Counted from the first letter of the stretch, positions 42,601 to 53,323 are shown. The stretch: 64,000 nucleotides of DNA from Candidatus Poribacteria bacterium (GCA_965218095.1 OZ244587.1:3584001-3648000), one strand, 5' to 3'. Notes: generated by a model from the letters alone, not told the origin. Program-made: numbers and translations.

Positions 42601-43707
42601 TGGACGGGTGGTTTGAATGGGGTTCAACCCGGCAGTTTGGACGGAGTTCAACCCCGTTCAAACTTCGTCCCAATCTGGCATCACGAAGCTTGGGAAACGC
42701 CGCGTCTGTTTCTGAATGATCTGAATCAGGATGGCTTCAATGAGCTTTACTTCAATAATCAAGAAAATCTCCTCACATTCGAGCACACGCTCGCTCGCAA
42801 TCCAAACAGCGTTGCAAGCATTCAGCCGTATGGCCTATCTGCCAACCCGATTAACGTGCGTGCAATTCGGTTGGATTGGGAGATGCCAAACGGCGCAGTA
42901 TCCTTTACTGTATACCGGTCAATCGGAGCGCCAGATGAAGCGCAATCTGATTTTGAAGTGGTTGCTGAAGATCTGGATCGCTCTGGCTTTTTTGACCGAA
43001 AGGTCACGAAGGATACAACCTACTGGTATGCTGTTTCTGCGAAGAATGAATCAGGAGCTGAATCGGATCGATCAGCGCCCGTTTCAGTCACACCCCGGAC
43101 CCCGCCCAAACTGATTGCCGCTGAGTACATCCAATCGAACCAGGTGACGGTTATTTATGACAAACAGATGGGCTCTTCGGTGGGCAATCCGAGACTCTAT
43201 CTGTTACGCGAGCCGAAGCAACTCGTGGGCGTCAATCCAGTGTCTGCGATTCGCGATCGGATGGGCACGCGAGCAATCCTCACTTTCCAGGTGGGCGATC
43301 TGATTCCTGGCCGCACCTATGAGATTACCGTTTCAGGTGTACGGGACATCGATCGGAACCCAATCGATCTGCTACAGACAACTCAGGCATTTGATGTGCT
43401 CCCCGAAGCAGATCTCGGCGATCTGAAGGATTTTACACACGCAAGGGTCTACCCGAATCCTGTTCGTCCGAAAGAGTTTCATAAGAGTGCTGTCACGTTT
43501 GATCGTCTTCCTACCGGCACAACCATTGAGATTTATAATCCGAACGGGGAGCTCCTTGAAAAATTGGCCGTAACAGCATCCAATCCAGGGCGGACAGAAT
43601 GGCTGCTTCTGAGCAACGGGACAATGGAAGTGACGAGCGGTATCTACATCTATGTGATGGAGTTTGAGAACCTGAAAAAGATTGGCAAGATTGCAGTGAT
43701 TAAATGA
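39640..43707 (+). CDS. Secreted S8 peptidase with FG-GAP/VCBS-like repeats, FN3-like domain and C-terminal sorting-like domain
   Basis: IVDTG, HGTHVAG, GTSMA; repeated D.DGDG..E; terminal YPNP...SGIYIY...KIAVIK. Confidence 0.92.
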   Translation: MSHRSILVTLHLFTLVSWICILIYPPSTAIGAQNESRLSTNDIPKFAPGELLIRVTPRAQADLERLHAEAPLQKLHNQMGVRSIYRVFRHIAHPESNPNLERIYLLRFQIPTDLHALKAAYAAHPLIEVAEFNYLRQTQVTQSGIPQGGTAEIIPDDPRFEDQWNLSLINMPRAWEFEKGDPDVIIAIVDTGFDYTHEDLASKTWVNVDEIPDNGIDDDNNGYIDDVRGWDFSKAPNGDGNSDFQNGDNDPIDESGHGTHVAGIAGAAVDNGVGVAGIAWKCTLMPIRGAGTEGIQDDDSSAAIVYAVDNDARVINISWGSSRRSFVIRDVVDYAYARGVLMVAAAGNASEDEASFPAGYREVIAVAATEQHKRKFYQSNFGASIDIGAPGNVILSTQINNRYRLLSGTSMATAHVSGVAGLIISKRPSLTHEEVRQILISTADVITESPELVGAGHLNAERALMASSSLQARILSPETNSGGSNEIEIIGTAGGFKFDTWRLLYGASTVPGTLQPINTPGRRQKVNETLLVWDTSRVPEGIYTIRLEVSGVDEKVMHDEVVVSVDRTPPQVRNVKVQNQISGGSFATVLTWSTDDFTINTLSQRAREGLAPFTPIEESSASREHIFSLSVDTGSYDLFITSRNVAGLETVDDNGGKFYRAEVISGSISPNGFVSANDLSALPPMHIATVAADFDRDGQLEIVGTPLSDDAAAGIEIYERTASGAYQLRHTGTMAFKPSAVDDTDGDGLLEILGSTRERVFLIESVTRNGYPEKIIWESSFIASGQIADLDGDGRKEIVGPDNFNDRIRIFENRGNDIYDEVLVIKNETAGSNVFGKQFAIGDFDGNGVVELMVGNSEGELFTYESVGDDLLIETWRAKIDLENAHQLAAGDLTGDGIPEFVVGGTVSEEDLPSLAPYWEYSVFTAFPPTGTLPQTGRNGVSSFKSIWSQEIAPFRSKGNSVAIADVDGDLQNELVILANPSVYVFEWTGGLNGVQPGSLDGVQPRSNFVPIWHHEAWETPRLFLNDLNQDGFNELYFNNQENLLTFEHTLARNPNSVASIQPYGLSANPINVRAIRLDWEMPNGAVSFTVYRSIGAPDEAQSDFEVVAEDLDRSGFFDRKVTKDTTYWYAVSAKNESGAESDRSAPVSVTPRTPPKLIAAEYIQSNQVTVIYDKQMGSSVGNPRLYLLREPKQLVGVNPVSAIRDRMGTRAILTFQVGDLIPGRTYEITVSGVRDIDRNPIDLLQTTQAFDVLPEADLGDLKDFTHARVYPNPVRPKEFHKSAVTFDRLPTGTTIEIYNPNGELLEKLAVTASNPGRTEWLLLSNGTMEVTSGIYIYVMEFENLKKIGKIAVIK

Positions 43708-43966
43708 GAATGGTATACTAATGAAGACTTGTATATTGCGTAAAACACAATGCATGAAATTAGGAAAATGGAGTTGCCGTAATGTGTATTGAACTTTACG
43801 AAATCGAACATGAAACAACAGCTTGCCATTTTCCTCATTGGAGTGTGCTGTTTTCTGGTTGCCTGTGATGGTAAGAAGATTTCGACCTAATGTGACCTTT
43901 AGAAACAGAATATTTGCAGTGTAATTTACAAAGTCTGATATTCACTATCTGACAAAGAAAATTTCT

Positions 43967-46207
43967 ATGAAGTCTGAATTGATAGGCTATACGGATAAGT
44001 TCAGTGTCGCACCCGGCGAACAAATCCGCTTCATGGTCAGCACGGACTCGCCGACTTATGAGGCAACGATCATCCGTCTGATTCATGCCGATGAGAATCC
44101 GAATGGACCCGGTTTTAAAGAAGAGGTGATTGATACGCCGGTAAACTGCCAGTACACCGGACGCAAGCAGATTGCCTATGCCGGATCTTTTGTTCTTGTA
44201 GAGAACTGTCCGGTGCTTGGACAGTTGAACAGCCTCACCCTCCAGGCCTGGATTTATCCAACGACACCCCAAAAAGGGAAACCTCAGGGGCTGTTGACAA
44301 AGTGGTCGGCGACTGACGAGGTGGGTTATGGCCTCTACATTGGCGAGGGTGGTGACTTGGGGCTGTGGATAGGGGATGGTACCGGGGACATTGAGCGAGT
44401 CCATAGCGGCAAAGCCCTCCGAGCGCATCAATGGTATTTCGTTGCTGCGACCTGCGATACGGAGAATCAAGAGGCTTGTCTCTATCAAGTACCCCTGTCA
44501 AACTGGCGGTTGGACACTTCATCAGTTGTTCTTGAAAAGGTTATTCAGACCCAGAGGCCAGGTCGTAATGAAGCCCCGCTGTTGATCGCTGCGGCTTATG
44601 GTGAAACCATCGGGCCCCATCGGGTGGTAGGCAGAGGTCTATATAACGGTAAGATCGATAACCCGCGGATCTTTGCCCGCGCGCTCAGGCGAACCGAAAT
44701 TGAACGACTGAAACAGGGAGTCTCCCCAGAAGACATAGAAGGAGACGATCTGGTTGCAGCGTGGGATTTCGCAGCCGATGTTGCTTCAGCGAAGGTGGCC
44801 GATCTGGGCCGACATCAATTGCACGGTGTGGCGGTTAACATGCCGGCCCGGGCAGTGACGGGGCATGATTGGAAGGGGGATGAATTTGACTATAAGCACG
44901 TGCTGGGTGAATATGGCGCGATTTATTTCCACGATGACGACCTCGAGGATGGGCGCTGGGAAGCCGACTTTGAGTTGGAGGTTTCAAATCAGTTGAAAAG
45001 TGGTGCTTACGCTGCCCGACTCACTTCAGGATCTCAGGAAGATTACATCCCATTTTTTGTTCGTCCCAGTAGAGGGAGGCCCAGCGCCCCTATCCTTTTT
45101 CTCGTCCCAACGATGACGTATTTGGCCTACGCCAATGAGCGCATGGAATCCCTGTCAGACCATGAGTCGGGGGTGACCGATAGGCAAATCACGCCGGATA
45201 CACTTGATCTTTACCTAGCTGAACACCCTGAATTCGCCATGTCGCTTTACGACCACCATACAGACGGGAGTGGGTGCATTTACTCGTCACGGCTGCGACC
45301 CATTGTCAATATGCGTCCAAAGTATCGGATGTGGCTCGTGGGGGCGCCCCGACATCTAGGGGCCGATCTCTACTTAGTTGATTGGCTAGAGGAGAAGGGC
45401 TTCGCGTATGATGTCGTCACCGATGAGGACGTGCACTTTGAGAGACAAGACCTTCTGGCAGACTACCGGGTGGTTATGACTGGCACCCACCCGGAGTATT
45501 GGACGGCGCCGATGCTGGCTGCCGTTGAGGGCTATCTATCTGACGGCGGCAAGGTCATGTATTTGGGCGGCAATGGATTTTATTGGGTGACGAGCGTAGA
45601 CCCTAAGCGACCTCACATTGTTGAGGTCCGGCGGGGCATCGCTGGCACACGGGCCTGGGATTCTGCACCGGGTGAGTGCTATCACAGTACAACAGGTGAG
45701 TTGGGAGGGCTGTGGCGGCACCGGGGTAAAACACCGAACCGGCTTGTCGGCGTGGGTTTTGGGGCGATGGGTTGGGCTGCACCCGCCCCCGGCTATGTAC
45801 GGAAACCTGACAGCTTTGATGAGCGCGCCGCGTTTATCTTTGATGGAATCGCTGAAGATGAAATCATTGGTAATTTTGGCCTAGTGCTCGAAGGCGCCGC
45901 TGGGGACGAGTTGGATCGGATAGACTACAGTCTGGGAACACCTCCTCACGCACTTTTGCTTGCCTCCTCAACCAGTCACGGCAAGTCTGTTCTGCCGGTC
46001 ATGGAGGATTATACTCAGATTAGTACGGCGCTAATGACGGGTGAGACCGCTAATGTCCGGGCCGATATGGTCTATTTCGAGATAGCAAACGATGGGGCGG
46101 TTTTTTCGGTCGGATCGATCTGTTGGTGCGGCAGCTTATCGCACAATCACTATGATAACAACGTATCGCGAATTACGGAGAATGTACTCAGAAGATTCTT
46201 GACGTAG
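43967..46207 (+). CDS. N,N-dimethylformamidase beta-subunit family protein with LamG-like domain
   Basis: GYTDKFSV.PGE, PTMTYLAYANE, SLYDHH.DG, GTHPEYWT, YLGGNGFYW, SRITENVL. Confidence 0.9.
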   Translation: MKSELIGYTDKFSVAPGEQIRFMVSTDSPTYEATIIRLIHADENPNGPGFKEEVIDTPVNCQYTGRKQIAYAGSFVLVENCPVLGQLNSLTLQAWIYPTTPQKGKPQGLLTKWSATDEVGYGLYIGEGGDLGLWIGDGTGDIERVHSGKALRAHQWYFVAATCDTENQEACLYQVPLSNWRLDTSSVVLEKVIQTQRPGRNEAPLLIAAAYGETIGPHRVVGRGLYNGKIDNPRIFARALRRTEIERLKQGVSPEDIEGDDLVAAWDFAADVASAKVADLGRHQLHGVAVNMPARAVTGHDWKGDEFDYKHVLGEYGAIYFHDDDLEDGRWEADFELEVSNQLKSGAYAARLTSGSQEDYIPFFVRPSRGRPSAPILFLVPTMTYLAYANERMESLSDHESGVTDRQITPDTLDLYLAEHPEFAMSLYDHHTDGSGCIYSSRLRPIVNMRPKYRMWLVGAPRHLGADLYLVDWLEEKGFAYDVVTDEDVHFERQDLLADYRVVMTGTHPEYWTAPMLAAVEGYLSDGGKVMYLGGNGFYWVTSVDPKRPHIVEVRRGIAGTRAWDSAPGECYHSTTGELGGLWRHRGKTPNRLVGVGFGAMGWAAPAPGYVRKPDSFDERAAFIFDGIAEDEIIGNFGLVLEGAAGDELDRIDYSLGTPPHALLLASSTSHGKSVLPVMEDYTQISTALMTGETANVRADMVYFEIANDGAVFSVGSICWCGSLSHNHYDNNVSRITENVLRRFLT

Positions 46208-46711
46208 TCCGGGGGCGCGGCGCCGCTACAAAATCGGATTATAAAGCAGCTCCAGTTCACCTGCTTCTGCTGCCTTGAAATCCGCAGTCATTCCCGGCTG
46301 GGGACAACTCTCGAACGACCGCTTGTCTAGCTACATTTTTCTCGCCGCCGGCGTAGCTTCGCTCGCTGGCTTGATTGGAAGGTCGGCTTCCCTATCCAGC
46401 GCAGAGGATGACCTTCGGAATGCGAGAGATAAGGTAACTGTAGCAAAAAGGGCGGCTGCCGTTAAGCAGCGAACACTCCTCGAACTTAAAAGGGAGCAGA
46501 GAGGTGCCCAAGAAAAAATTGACGACTCACTGAAGCCCTGGCGTAACCGTTCAGGTGGTAAAACGAAACAGGTGGTTTCCCTCAATGCTAGGTATTTCGC
46601 GGTTCAACTCCCCCTTCGACTACCATTTGAGTGGACATCGGAACCCGCCAGCTGTCATATCGTCCCCGCGTTGGATGGCCGCTGTACACTATCTGTGATA
46701 CCCCTAAGTTG

Positions 46712-47761
46712 TCAAAAGCCTAACGTTGCTGCGATGCCATACGCCTGGGCCAAAGATTTGAGACGACCCCATGTGGTATCCTCAATAAAGATGCCTTCCT
46801 GCAACTTCTGCTGGGTCCGCAAATGCTCTAACTCGCCAGGATAGAAGACTTCCGTGAAGCCAGCCGCCGGTAGACAACGCTTCAGATAGCGAGCGAATTC
46901 GGTGGCCTCTTTCTTGAAGTCGGCAATTGGACGGAAGGCATCAACGTTGAAAGCCGCCATGAAACAGCCGTCGTTGTGACGGCCTTCCGGATCATGGCCA
47001 AAGCCCAGGCCAGTAAGGATGCCCGAAAAAATCTCGACCATCACCGATAGCCCGTAGCCCTTGTGTCCCTCCGGGCCACCCAGTGGGAGCATGACGCCGC
47101 CTCGTCCCAGGTCCGCCGGGTCTGTAGTTGGGTTGCCCTCCTTATCGAGAATCCAGCCTTCCGGAATCTCGGCGCTACGCGCGAGTGCTACACCGATTTT
47201 GCCACCGGCAACAGCGCTGGTCGCCATATCGATGAACAGGGTTCCCTCCAGATTACTGGGTACTGCGATGCAGATAGGATTGGTCCCCAGACGTGCTTCT
47301 CGACCGCCGAACGGCGCCACCGATTTGCTGGTGCGTCCGGAATCGGCAGTCATCAAACCAATCAGATCCGCCTGGGCTGCCATGATGGGATAGTCAGCCA
47401 CCCGCCCGACGTGGCCCTGCCGGTACACCGTAGTGGCCGCCACGCCGTGTTGTCTGGCTTTGTCGATAGTGATCTGCATGGCCTGTTCAGAGACCACGTA
47501 GCCAAATCCCCAGTGGCCATCAATGACCGTGGTGATGCTGGTTTCGCGGACCACCTCAAAGGGTGCGCCCGGCACGTTGTCGCCTTGTTTGATCCGCTCG
47601 ATGTAGGTGGGAATGGCCATAATGCCGTGCGAGTCGTGGCCAGCCAGATTGGCGCCGACAGCGTGCCGGGAGATAATGTCCGCCTCCTCCGCACTGGCGC
47701 CGGTACTCTGGAGGAGTTGGGAGGCAATTTCTCTCAATTGATCGGCTGGAATGGTTGGCAT
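46712..47761 (-). CDS. Ldh_2-family oxidoreductase
   Basis: GHDSHG, GHVGR, LGTNP, DMATS, GHKGYGL, YPGE. Confidence 0.93.
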   Translation of the reverse strand: MPTIPADQLREIASQLLQSTGASAEEADIISRHAVGANLAGHDSHGIMAIPTYIERIKQGDNVPGAPFEVVRETSITTVIDGHWGFGYVVSEQAMQITIDKARQHGVAATTVYRQGHVGRVADYPIMAAQADLIGLMTADSGRTSKSVAPFGGREARLGTNPICIAVPSNLEGTLFIDMATSAVAGGKIGVALARSAEIPEGWILDKEGNPTTDPADLGRGGVMLPLGGPEGHKGYGLSVMVEIFSGILTGLGFGHDPEGRHNDGCFMAAFNVDAFRPIADFKKEATEFARYLKRCLPAAGFTEVFYPGELEHLRTQQKLQEGIFIEDTTWGRLKSLAQAYGIAATLGF

Positions 47762-47769
47762 AGTATCCT

Positions 47770-48200
47770 CCTGATACTGTCAGCCAGGCTGTGCCTGTCT
47801 GAGAAATCTCCTTCGCTGTCGCCAGAACCGCGAAAATCGATTTTGCTGTCACGCAATTGTATCGGTCTGACACTTGTAAACAGCGTCGAAGCAATTTTGC
47901 TATTGGTAAGGTGCAGTTGTCCGTTTTTATCGACAAGGCTCTGGCCAATCATGCACGTCAGCGTGCTGCCATTGATGGACAGAATCTGTCTGCCTGACCC
48001 TCCACCTAATGTGAGGCTCATAATCGTGGCATCTTGATTCAGCATTATCGTATAACTTCCATCAAGTATAATGGTAACGAAGTCCTAATCATCTGGTAGC
48101 GTGCGGGATCTCCAGTTGTCCGGGTTTTCCCAGGCGCCGCCGTTGGGGTTAATCCAGAATACAGAGTCGTTGCTGTGGCCGAGATGATTAACCGTACCTT
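47770..48200 (-). pseudogene. Fragments of a secreted beta-rich protein
   Basis: FWINPNGGAWENPDNW and DATIMSLTLGGGSG..LSINGSTLT pieces separated by stops. Confidence 0.4.
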
Positions 48201-48308
48201 CGGCTAAAATGGTTACGTTCAACAATATGAACGTGGTTTTTATTTTCGCAAGGGTTCTCGTGGGAAGTCGCCTCTTTTTGACCTGATTTGCCTTCGACAT
48301 ATGAGACA

Positions 48309-49114
48309 TTATTCCGTAGGCGAAACCGACTTGACGCAACGAAAACCATGGTTATATGCGAGGCCGTTGCCAAAGTAACGGCGAGATGCACAGCTAAACC
48401 ATTCGACTCCGAGTCCATAATGCCCTCCATGCACGATACGTGAAAAAGGACTGGTAGGATTCCGTTTTGGTGAGTTTTGATAGTAATCTGGATGATACCA
48501 ATCAGCACACTACTCACCGACATTTCCCATCATATCGTAGAGTCCATAGCTATTTTCAGGCGGATAGCTGCCAACGGGAGTTGCTTGGCGGACGTTATGA
48601 CCGTAATTTGCCCGCTCCGGGTTAATTGAATCTCCCCATGGATATCTCTTTCCTTCCAAACCGCCCCGCACTGCCTTTTCCCACTCCGCTTCGGTGGGAA
48701 GCCGTTTTTCTGCCCACTCGCAGTAGTCCCGCGCCGATTTCCAAGAAATACCGACAACCGGGTGGTTGAATCTGGGCTTATCATAAAACTCAGCCGGTTT
48801 CCGATGTCCACTCGCCTCAACGAACTTTTGGTACTGTGCATTCGTCACTTCGTAGACATCCATATAGAACGCATCCACATAAACGGTGTGGACAGGCTGT
48901 TCATCTTTAAAATACCCCTTCTCACGATTTGGATTTTCATCTGCATCTTCCCAGCGATTACCCATCTGAAACTCGCTGGCAGGGATTAGTACCATTGACC
49001 AACAATGCGTTGTGGAACCTCCTTTTCTGACAGTTCTACTGTTTTTTCAGCGCCAAAGACGGTCGACGCCAAACTGAAAAGATACAGAGCAATTCCCACA
49101 AGACTATATTTCAT
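48309..49114 (-). pseudogene. Formylglycine-generating enzyme (SUMF1) family, disrupted
   Basis: Signal peptide at 49114, frameshift near 49000, YEVTNAQY, RLPTEAEWEKA, GNVGE*CADWY (TAG at the conserved Trp), GFRC. Confidence 0.88.
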
Positions 49115-49156
49115 GAGGCGTATAGCTTTCATAGAAATTAACCTAACAATACCTTC

Positions 49157-51391
49157 TCATCGTTTCGGCGGAGCTGGTTCCGTAAAGAGCCAGCCGCCCT
49201 CCTCCCGCCGACTCTCGGGTGCGCTTCCATCTTCCTGCAAAGCCTCCTGAAGCCTGTCGGCAAGATAACTATTCCGCTCAGCAACTTTGTTATTCCGAAT
49301 CGCCATGCCGAGCGCCTTCTTCGTCCCGACAAGGACAACCAACTCCTTCGCCCGTGTGATGCCGGTGTAGAGAAGATTGCGCTGCAGCATTAGATAGTGT
49401 TGGGTCATCAGCGGCACAACGACAGCGGAATACTCGCTGCCCTGCGCCTTATGGACGGTGATGCCGTAAGCCAGCACCAGTTCGTTCAAATCCGCCATAT
49501 CGAAAGCGACGATCTTTTCGGGGAATTGGATGATGACCTGTTTTTCGATGAAGTCTACATCGGTGATGCGTCCGATGTCGCCGTTAAAAACCTCGTAGTC
49601 GTAGTTGTTCCGAACCTGCATTACTTTATCGCCGACGTGAAAGTTGCGTCCACCGCGGATCGCCCCTTCCGAATCCCCGTTGAGTATCTCCTGCAGCCGT
49701 TTGTTGAAATTCTCCACCCCGACCGTGCCACGCCGCATCGGGCAGAGGACCTGAATGTCATCCATCGGGTGATAGCCGTAGTGTTTCGGCAAACGCCGGC
49801 TCACGAGGTCACATATTATGTCGGCCGCCCCATCCGGGTCTTCTTCCTCAATGAAGAAAAAGTCGCGATCTGATGGCCCCGTGATTTGTGGAAATTCGCC
49901 GCGGTTGACGCGATGCGCGTTCATGACGATGAGGCTTTGCTGGGCCTGGCGGAAGATCTCTGTCAATGTTACAACCGTGATCTCTTCCGAAGCGATGAGG
50001 TCTTTCAAGACATTCCCCGCACCAACCGATGGAAGCTGATCCACATCACCAACCATAATCAGGGTTGCATTTCGTGGCACGGCTTTCATGAAGCTGTTCA
50101 TCAATACTAGATCGACCATTGACATCTCGTCGATGATGACCACATCCGCTTCCAGTGGATTATCCCAATCCCGTTTGAAACCGTTTTCCTGTGGCGAGAA
50201 TTCTAGCAGGCGGTGGATGGTTTTGGCTTCACGTCCCGTCGTCTCGCTGAGGCGTTTCGCTGCCCGCCCCGTCGGTGCCCCTAACAGTACCCTTTTTTCA
50301 AGCTCCTCAAACAGGCGAATCATGCCAATGGTCGTCGTTGTTTTTCCTGTGCCTGGTCCGCCTGTTAAGATCATTACCCTGGAAGTCAACGCGGTTTTGA
50401 TGGCTTCCCGCTGATTGGCGGCAAAATGGATGCCCATCTGTTTTTCAAGTCGGTCAATTGACGCATCCACAAAACCCAGTTGCGCCGGATCGGTCTCGGT
50501 TTTCAATAGCCTTGAAAGTGCATGGGTCACGCCAATTTCTGTGTAGTAGAATGGCGCAAGGTAAATCGCCTCCCCATCCGGTGTGCTTTCGGAAACGAGT
50601 TCCTCTTTGGCAATCAATTCTGCAATACCTTCCTCAATGGCGTCAGGCGGCAGATCTAAAATCTCTTGACACGCGGCAAGCAACTCGTGGCGATACAGGA
50701 AGACGTGACCATCATCAGCTTTATGGCTCAAAACATACTTGATACCTGCCGTGACCCGATGGGGAGATTCCTGATCTATGCCGAGATTCTGCGCGATCGT
50801 ATCCGCTGTTTTGAAGCCAATCCCGTAGATGTCGTCTGCGAGGCGGTAGGGATTCTCTCGAACGATCGGGATGGACTCGCTTTCGTAGGTCTTATAAATC
50901 TTGACCGCATGGGTGGTGCTGACGTTATTGGACTGAAGAAAAAGCATCACGTTCTTGATCTCTTTTTGCGCTTCCCACGCCATCTTGATCATTTCGATGC
51001 GCTTCCTGCCAATCCCCGGAACACCCTTCAGCTTTGCCGGGGTTTGTTCGATGACCTCCATCGTGTCTAAGCCGAACTTATTGACAATTCGCCCTGCCAT
51101 CACCGGACCAATGCCTTTGATCATCCCAGAACCCAGATACTTCCGCAATCCAACGATGGTCGCAGGCAGCACCGTCTCATACCTCTCAATCTTGAACTGC
51201 CTGCCGTACTGCGGGTTGTTGACCCACCACCCTTTGAGTGCGAGGCTCTCGCCGGCGTTGGCGGAGACGAGATCTCCGACGACCGTAATCAGTTCATTCG
51301 GGTAGTCGCGCGAAGTCAATCGTGCGATGGTGTAGCCCGTTTCTGGGTTTTCAAAAACGATGCGTTCGAGAATGCCTGTAAGTGTTTCCAT
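49157..51391 (-). CDS. recD2: RecD2-family helicase
   Basis: IKGIGP HhH, TGGPGTGKT, APTGRAAKRL, VGDVDQLPSVGAG, TVHKAQGSE, LLYTGITRA. Confidence 0.95.
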   Translation of the reverse strand: METLTGILERIVFENPETGYTIARLTSRDYPNELITVVGDLVSANAGESLALKGWWVNNPQYGRQFKIERYETVLPATIVGLRKYLGSGMIKGIGPVMAGRIVNKFGLDTMEVIEQTPAKLKGVPGIGRKRIEMIKMAWEAQKEIKNVMLFLQSNNVSTTHAVKIYKTYESESIPIVRENPYRLADDIYGIGFKTADTIAQNLGIDQESPHRVTAGIKYVLSHKADDGHVFLYRHELLAACQEILDLPPDAIEEGIAELIAKEELVSESTPDGEAIYLAPFYYTEIGVTHALSRLLKTETDPAQLGFVDASIDRLEKQMGIHFAANQREAIKTALTSRVMILTGGPGTGKTTTTIGMIRLFEELEKRVLLGAPTGRAAKRLSETTGREAKTIHRLLEFSPQENGFKRDWDNPLEADVVIIDEMSMVDLVLMNSFMKAVPRNATLIMVGDVDQLPSVGAGNVLKDLIASEEITVVTLTEIFRQAQQSLIVMNAHRVNRGEFPQITGPSDRDFFFIEEEDPDGAADIICDLVSRRLPKHYGYHPMDDIQVLCPMRRGTVGVENFNKRLQEILNGDSEGAIRGGRNFHVGDKVMQVRNNYDYEVFNGDIGRITDVDFIEKQVIIQFPEKIVAFDMADLNELVLAYGITVHKAQGSEYSAVVVPLMTQHYLMLQRNLLYTGITRAKELVVLVGTKKALGMAIRNNKVAERNSYLADRLQEALQEDGSAPESRREEGGWLFTEPAPPKR

Positions 51392-51465
51392 AGTAGATTG
51401 AAGATTGATTGCGGATTAACCCACTCTTTTTGATCGTGGGCTTGCCTTTAATCCGCAACCCCTCG

Positions 51466-51984
51466 TCAGTGAGTTGTGTAGCGTGGGATATGTGCCAAAG
51501 CCGTTGCGGTTCCAATGGGATAGAGTCGAACTTGTCGATTCATGGTTTCGCAACCCGCATAGATCAGAAAATGCAAAAACGCTGAAGCCCCCGTTGATTT
51601 GATAATACCAGTGACTTCAATGAACTGCGGTGGTAATTCCTGTATTCCAAATAAACCCAAAATGGGGTTGATGTTCATCAATAATAGAATGGCGCAAAGC
51701 CTCCATATCAGAAACATGGTAAGACATACCGAACAGACACCAATGATTTTTCCAAGCAGTAATTGATGGGGCTTGATAGCAGAGATAATCACTTCCACAA
51801 TGTGGGTGGTTTTCTCTTCAAGCACGCTTCTCATCACCGAAGCGCCGTATAACAACGTAAAAAAATATAAGGAAAAGACCAGGACGTAGGTCAGTTCTAA
51901 CTTAACCATGGTTGTTTCTTCGCCCTCGACTCTGTCTGTTTTTGCGGTAACGGCATACTCCTTAAAGCGTATCCGTCGCATCAA
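51466..51984 (-). pseudogene. ABC-2 permease (NatB-like) internal fragment
   Basis: VMRSVLEEKT.HIVEVIISAIKP.QLLLGKIIG; both termini missing. Confidence 0.7.
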
Positions 51985-52040
51985 GTCTCTGACTTCATGT
52001 GCAGCGTACCCTTTATCTGCAAGCCGCTTGTTGATGACGA

Positions 52041-53285
52041 TTAAAGCGTTGTCATCAATTTCCGGAATGCGTTCAGTTGCGGTTGAATCACATGTGGTTC
52101 AGGAACTCTTCCGTCGAGGGCTTCGATGGTTTTCAGCCCGTTACCGGTGATGCTGACAACAATGCGATCGTCCCGACTGATGCGTCCACTTTCGATTAGC
52201 TTTTTCGCCGCCGCGAGCGTGACGCCGCCTGCCGTTTCAGTGAAGATGCCTTCCGTCGCCGCAAGGAGTTTGATGGATTCGACGATTTCATCATCGGTCG
52301 CATGTTCCCCGTATCCACCCGAATCCCGCACCGTTGCGGTGGCATAAATTCCGTCGGCGGGGTTGCCAATCGCGAGGGATTTGGCGATGGTGTTCGGTTT
52401 AACCGGCTTGACGAAATCACTATTCTCCTTGAGCGCCGTGACGATAGGTCCACAGCCTTCAGCCTGTGCGACGTGAATCTTCGTTTTCGGCGCGTTGATT
52501 AGGCCCAGCATATGGAATTCTTTCAGCGCCTTGCCGACCTTTGTAATAAGCGAACCGCCCGCCGCAGGCACGATGATGTGATCGGGCGCCTCCCAACCGA
52601 GTTGCTCAATGATCTCATACGTGAAAGTCTTGGAGCCTTCCGCATAAAATGGACGGATATTGATGTTGACAAACGCCCACGGGTAGACGCCGGCAATTTC
52701 GCTGCATAGGCGGTTAACATCGTCGTAGGTGCCTGTGATGCCAACCACCGTCGGTGCGTAAACGAGCGAAGCGACTACTTTGCCCATCTCCAAATCCGCA
52801 GGAATAAAGATGAAGCAGTTGAGGTTGGCAATCGCCGCGTTTGCCGCGACGGAGTTTGCCAGATTGCCGGTCGAAGCGCACGAAACGGTGTCGAAGCCAA
52901 ACTCCTTCGCTTTACTCAGCGCAATTGCAACCACACGGTCTTTGAAGGAAAGGGTCGGGTGACACACCGAGTCATCTTTGATATAAAGCGTCTCCACGTC
53001 GAGCGCTGCCTCCAGATTTTTGGCGCGGATCAACGGCGTGAATCCCGAATTGAACCCGTCCGTCGGTTCTCCGTCAATTGGCAGCAGGTCGGCATAACGC
53101 CAGAGGCTTGCAGGCCCTCGCTCAATCGATTCACGCGAGATCGACTTTTGGATCTCCTCATAGTTGTAGTCCACCTCAAGTGGACCAAAACAGAACTCAC
53201 ACACATGCAGAGGTTCTTTGGGATACTTTCTCTCACATTCACGACATTTCAATCCCAATACTTTTTCTTTCATTTTTCTCTCCAT
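52041..53285 (-). CDS. thrC: Threonine synthase-like PLP enzyme with N-terminal Zn finger
   Basis: CREC...CEFC, PTLSFKDR, ASTGNLA, EGSKT, TGNGLK. Confidence 0.88.
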   Translation of the reverse strand: MERKMKEKVLGLKCRECERKYPKEPLHVCEFCFGPLEVDYNYEEIQKSISRESIERGPASLWRYADLLPIDGEPTDGFNSGFTPLIRAKNLEAALDVETLYIKDDSVCHPTLSFKDRVVAIALSKAKEFGFDTVSCASTGNLANSVAANAAIANLNCFIFIPADLEMGKVVASLVYAPTVVGITGTYDDVNRLCSEIAGVYPWAFVNINIRPFYAEGSKTFTYEIIEQLGWEAPDHIIVPAAGGSLITKVGKALKEFHMLGLINAPKTKIHVAQAEGCGPIVTALKENSDFVKPVKPNTIAKSLAIGNPADGIYATATVRDSGGYGEHATDDEIVESIKLLAATEGIFTETAGGVTLAAAKKLIESGRISRDDRIVVSITGNGLKTIEALDGRVPEPHVIQPQLNAFRKLMTTL

Positions 53286-53323
53286 TGGTTTAGAATATTA
53301 GGTTCTGTAGTTCAAAGCACCAG

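Noticed and set aside
46275-46844. 189-aa ORF as an intact gene
   Set aside because: Only the first part (SAVIPGWGQ plus TM and coiled coil) looks like a gene remnant; no start signal, and the tail overlaps the Ldh gene.
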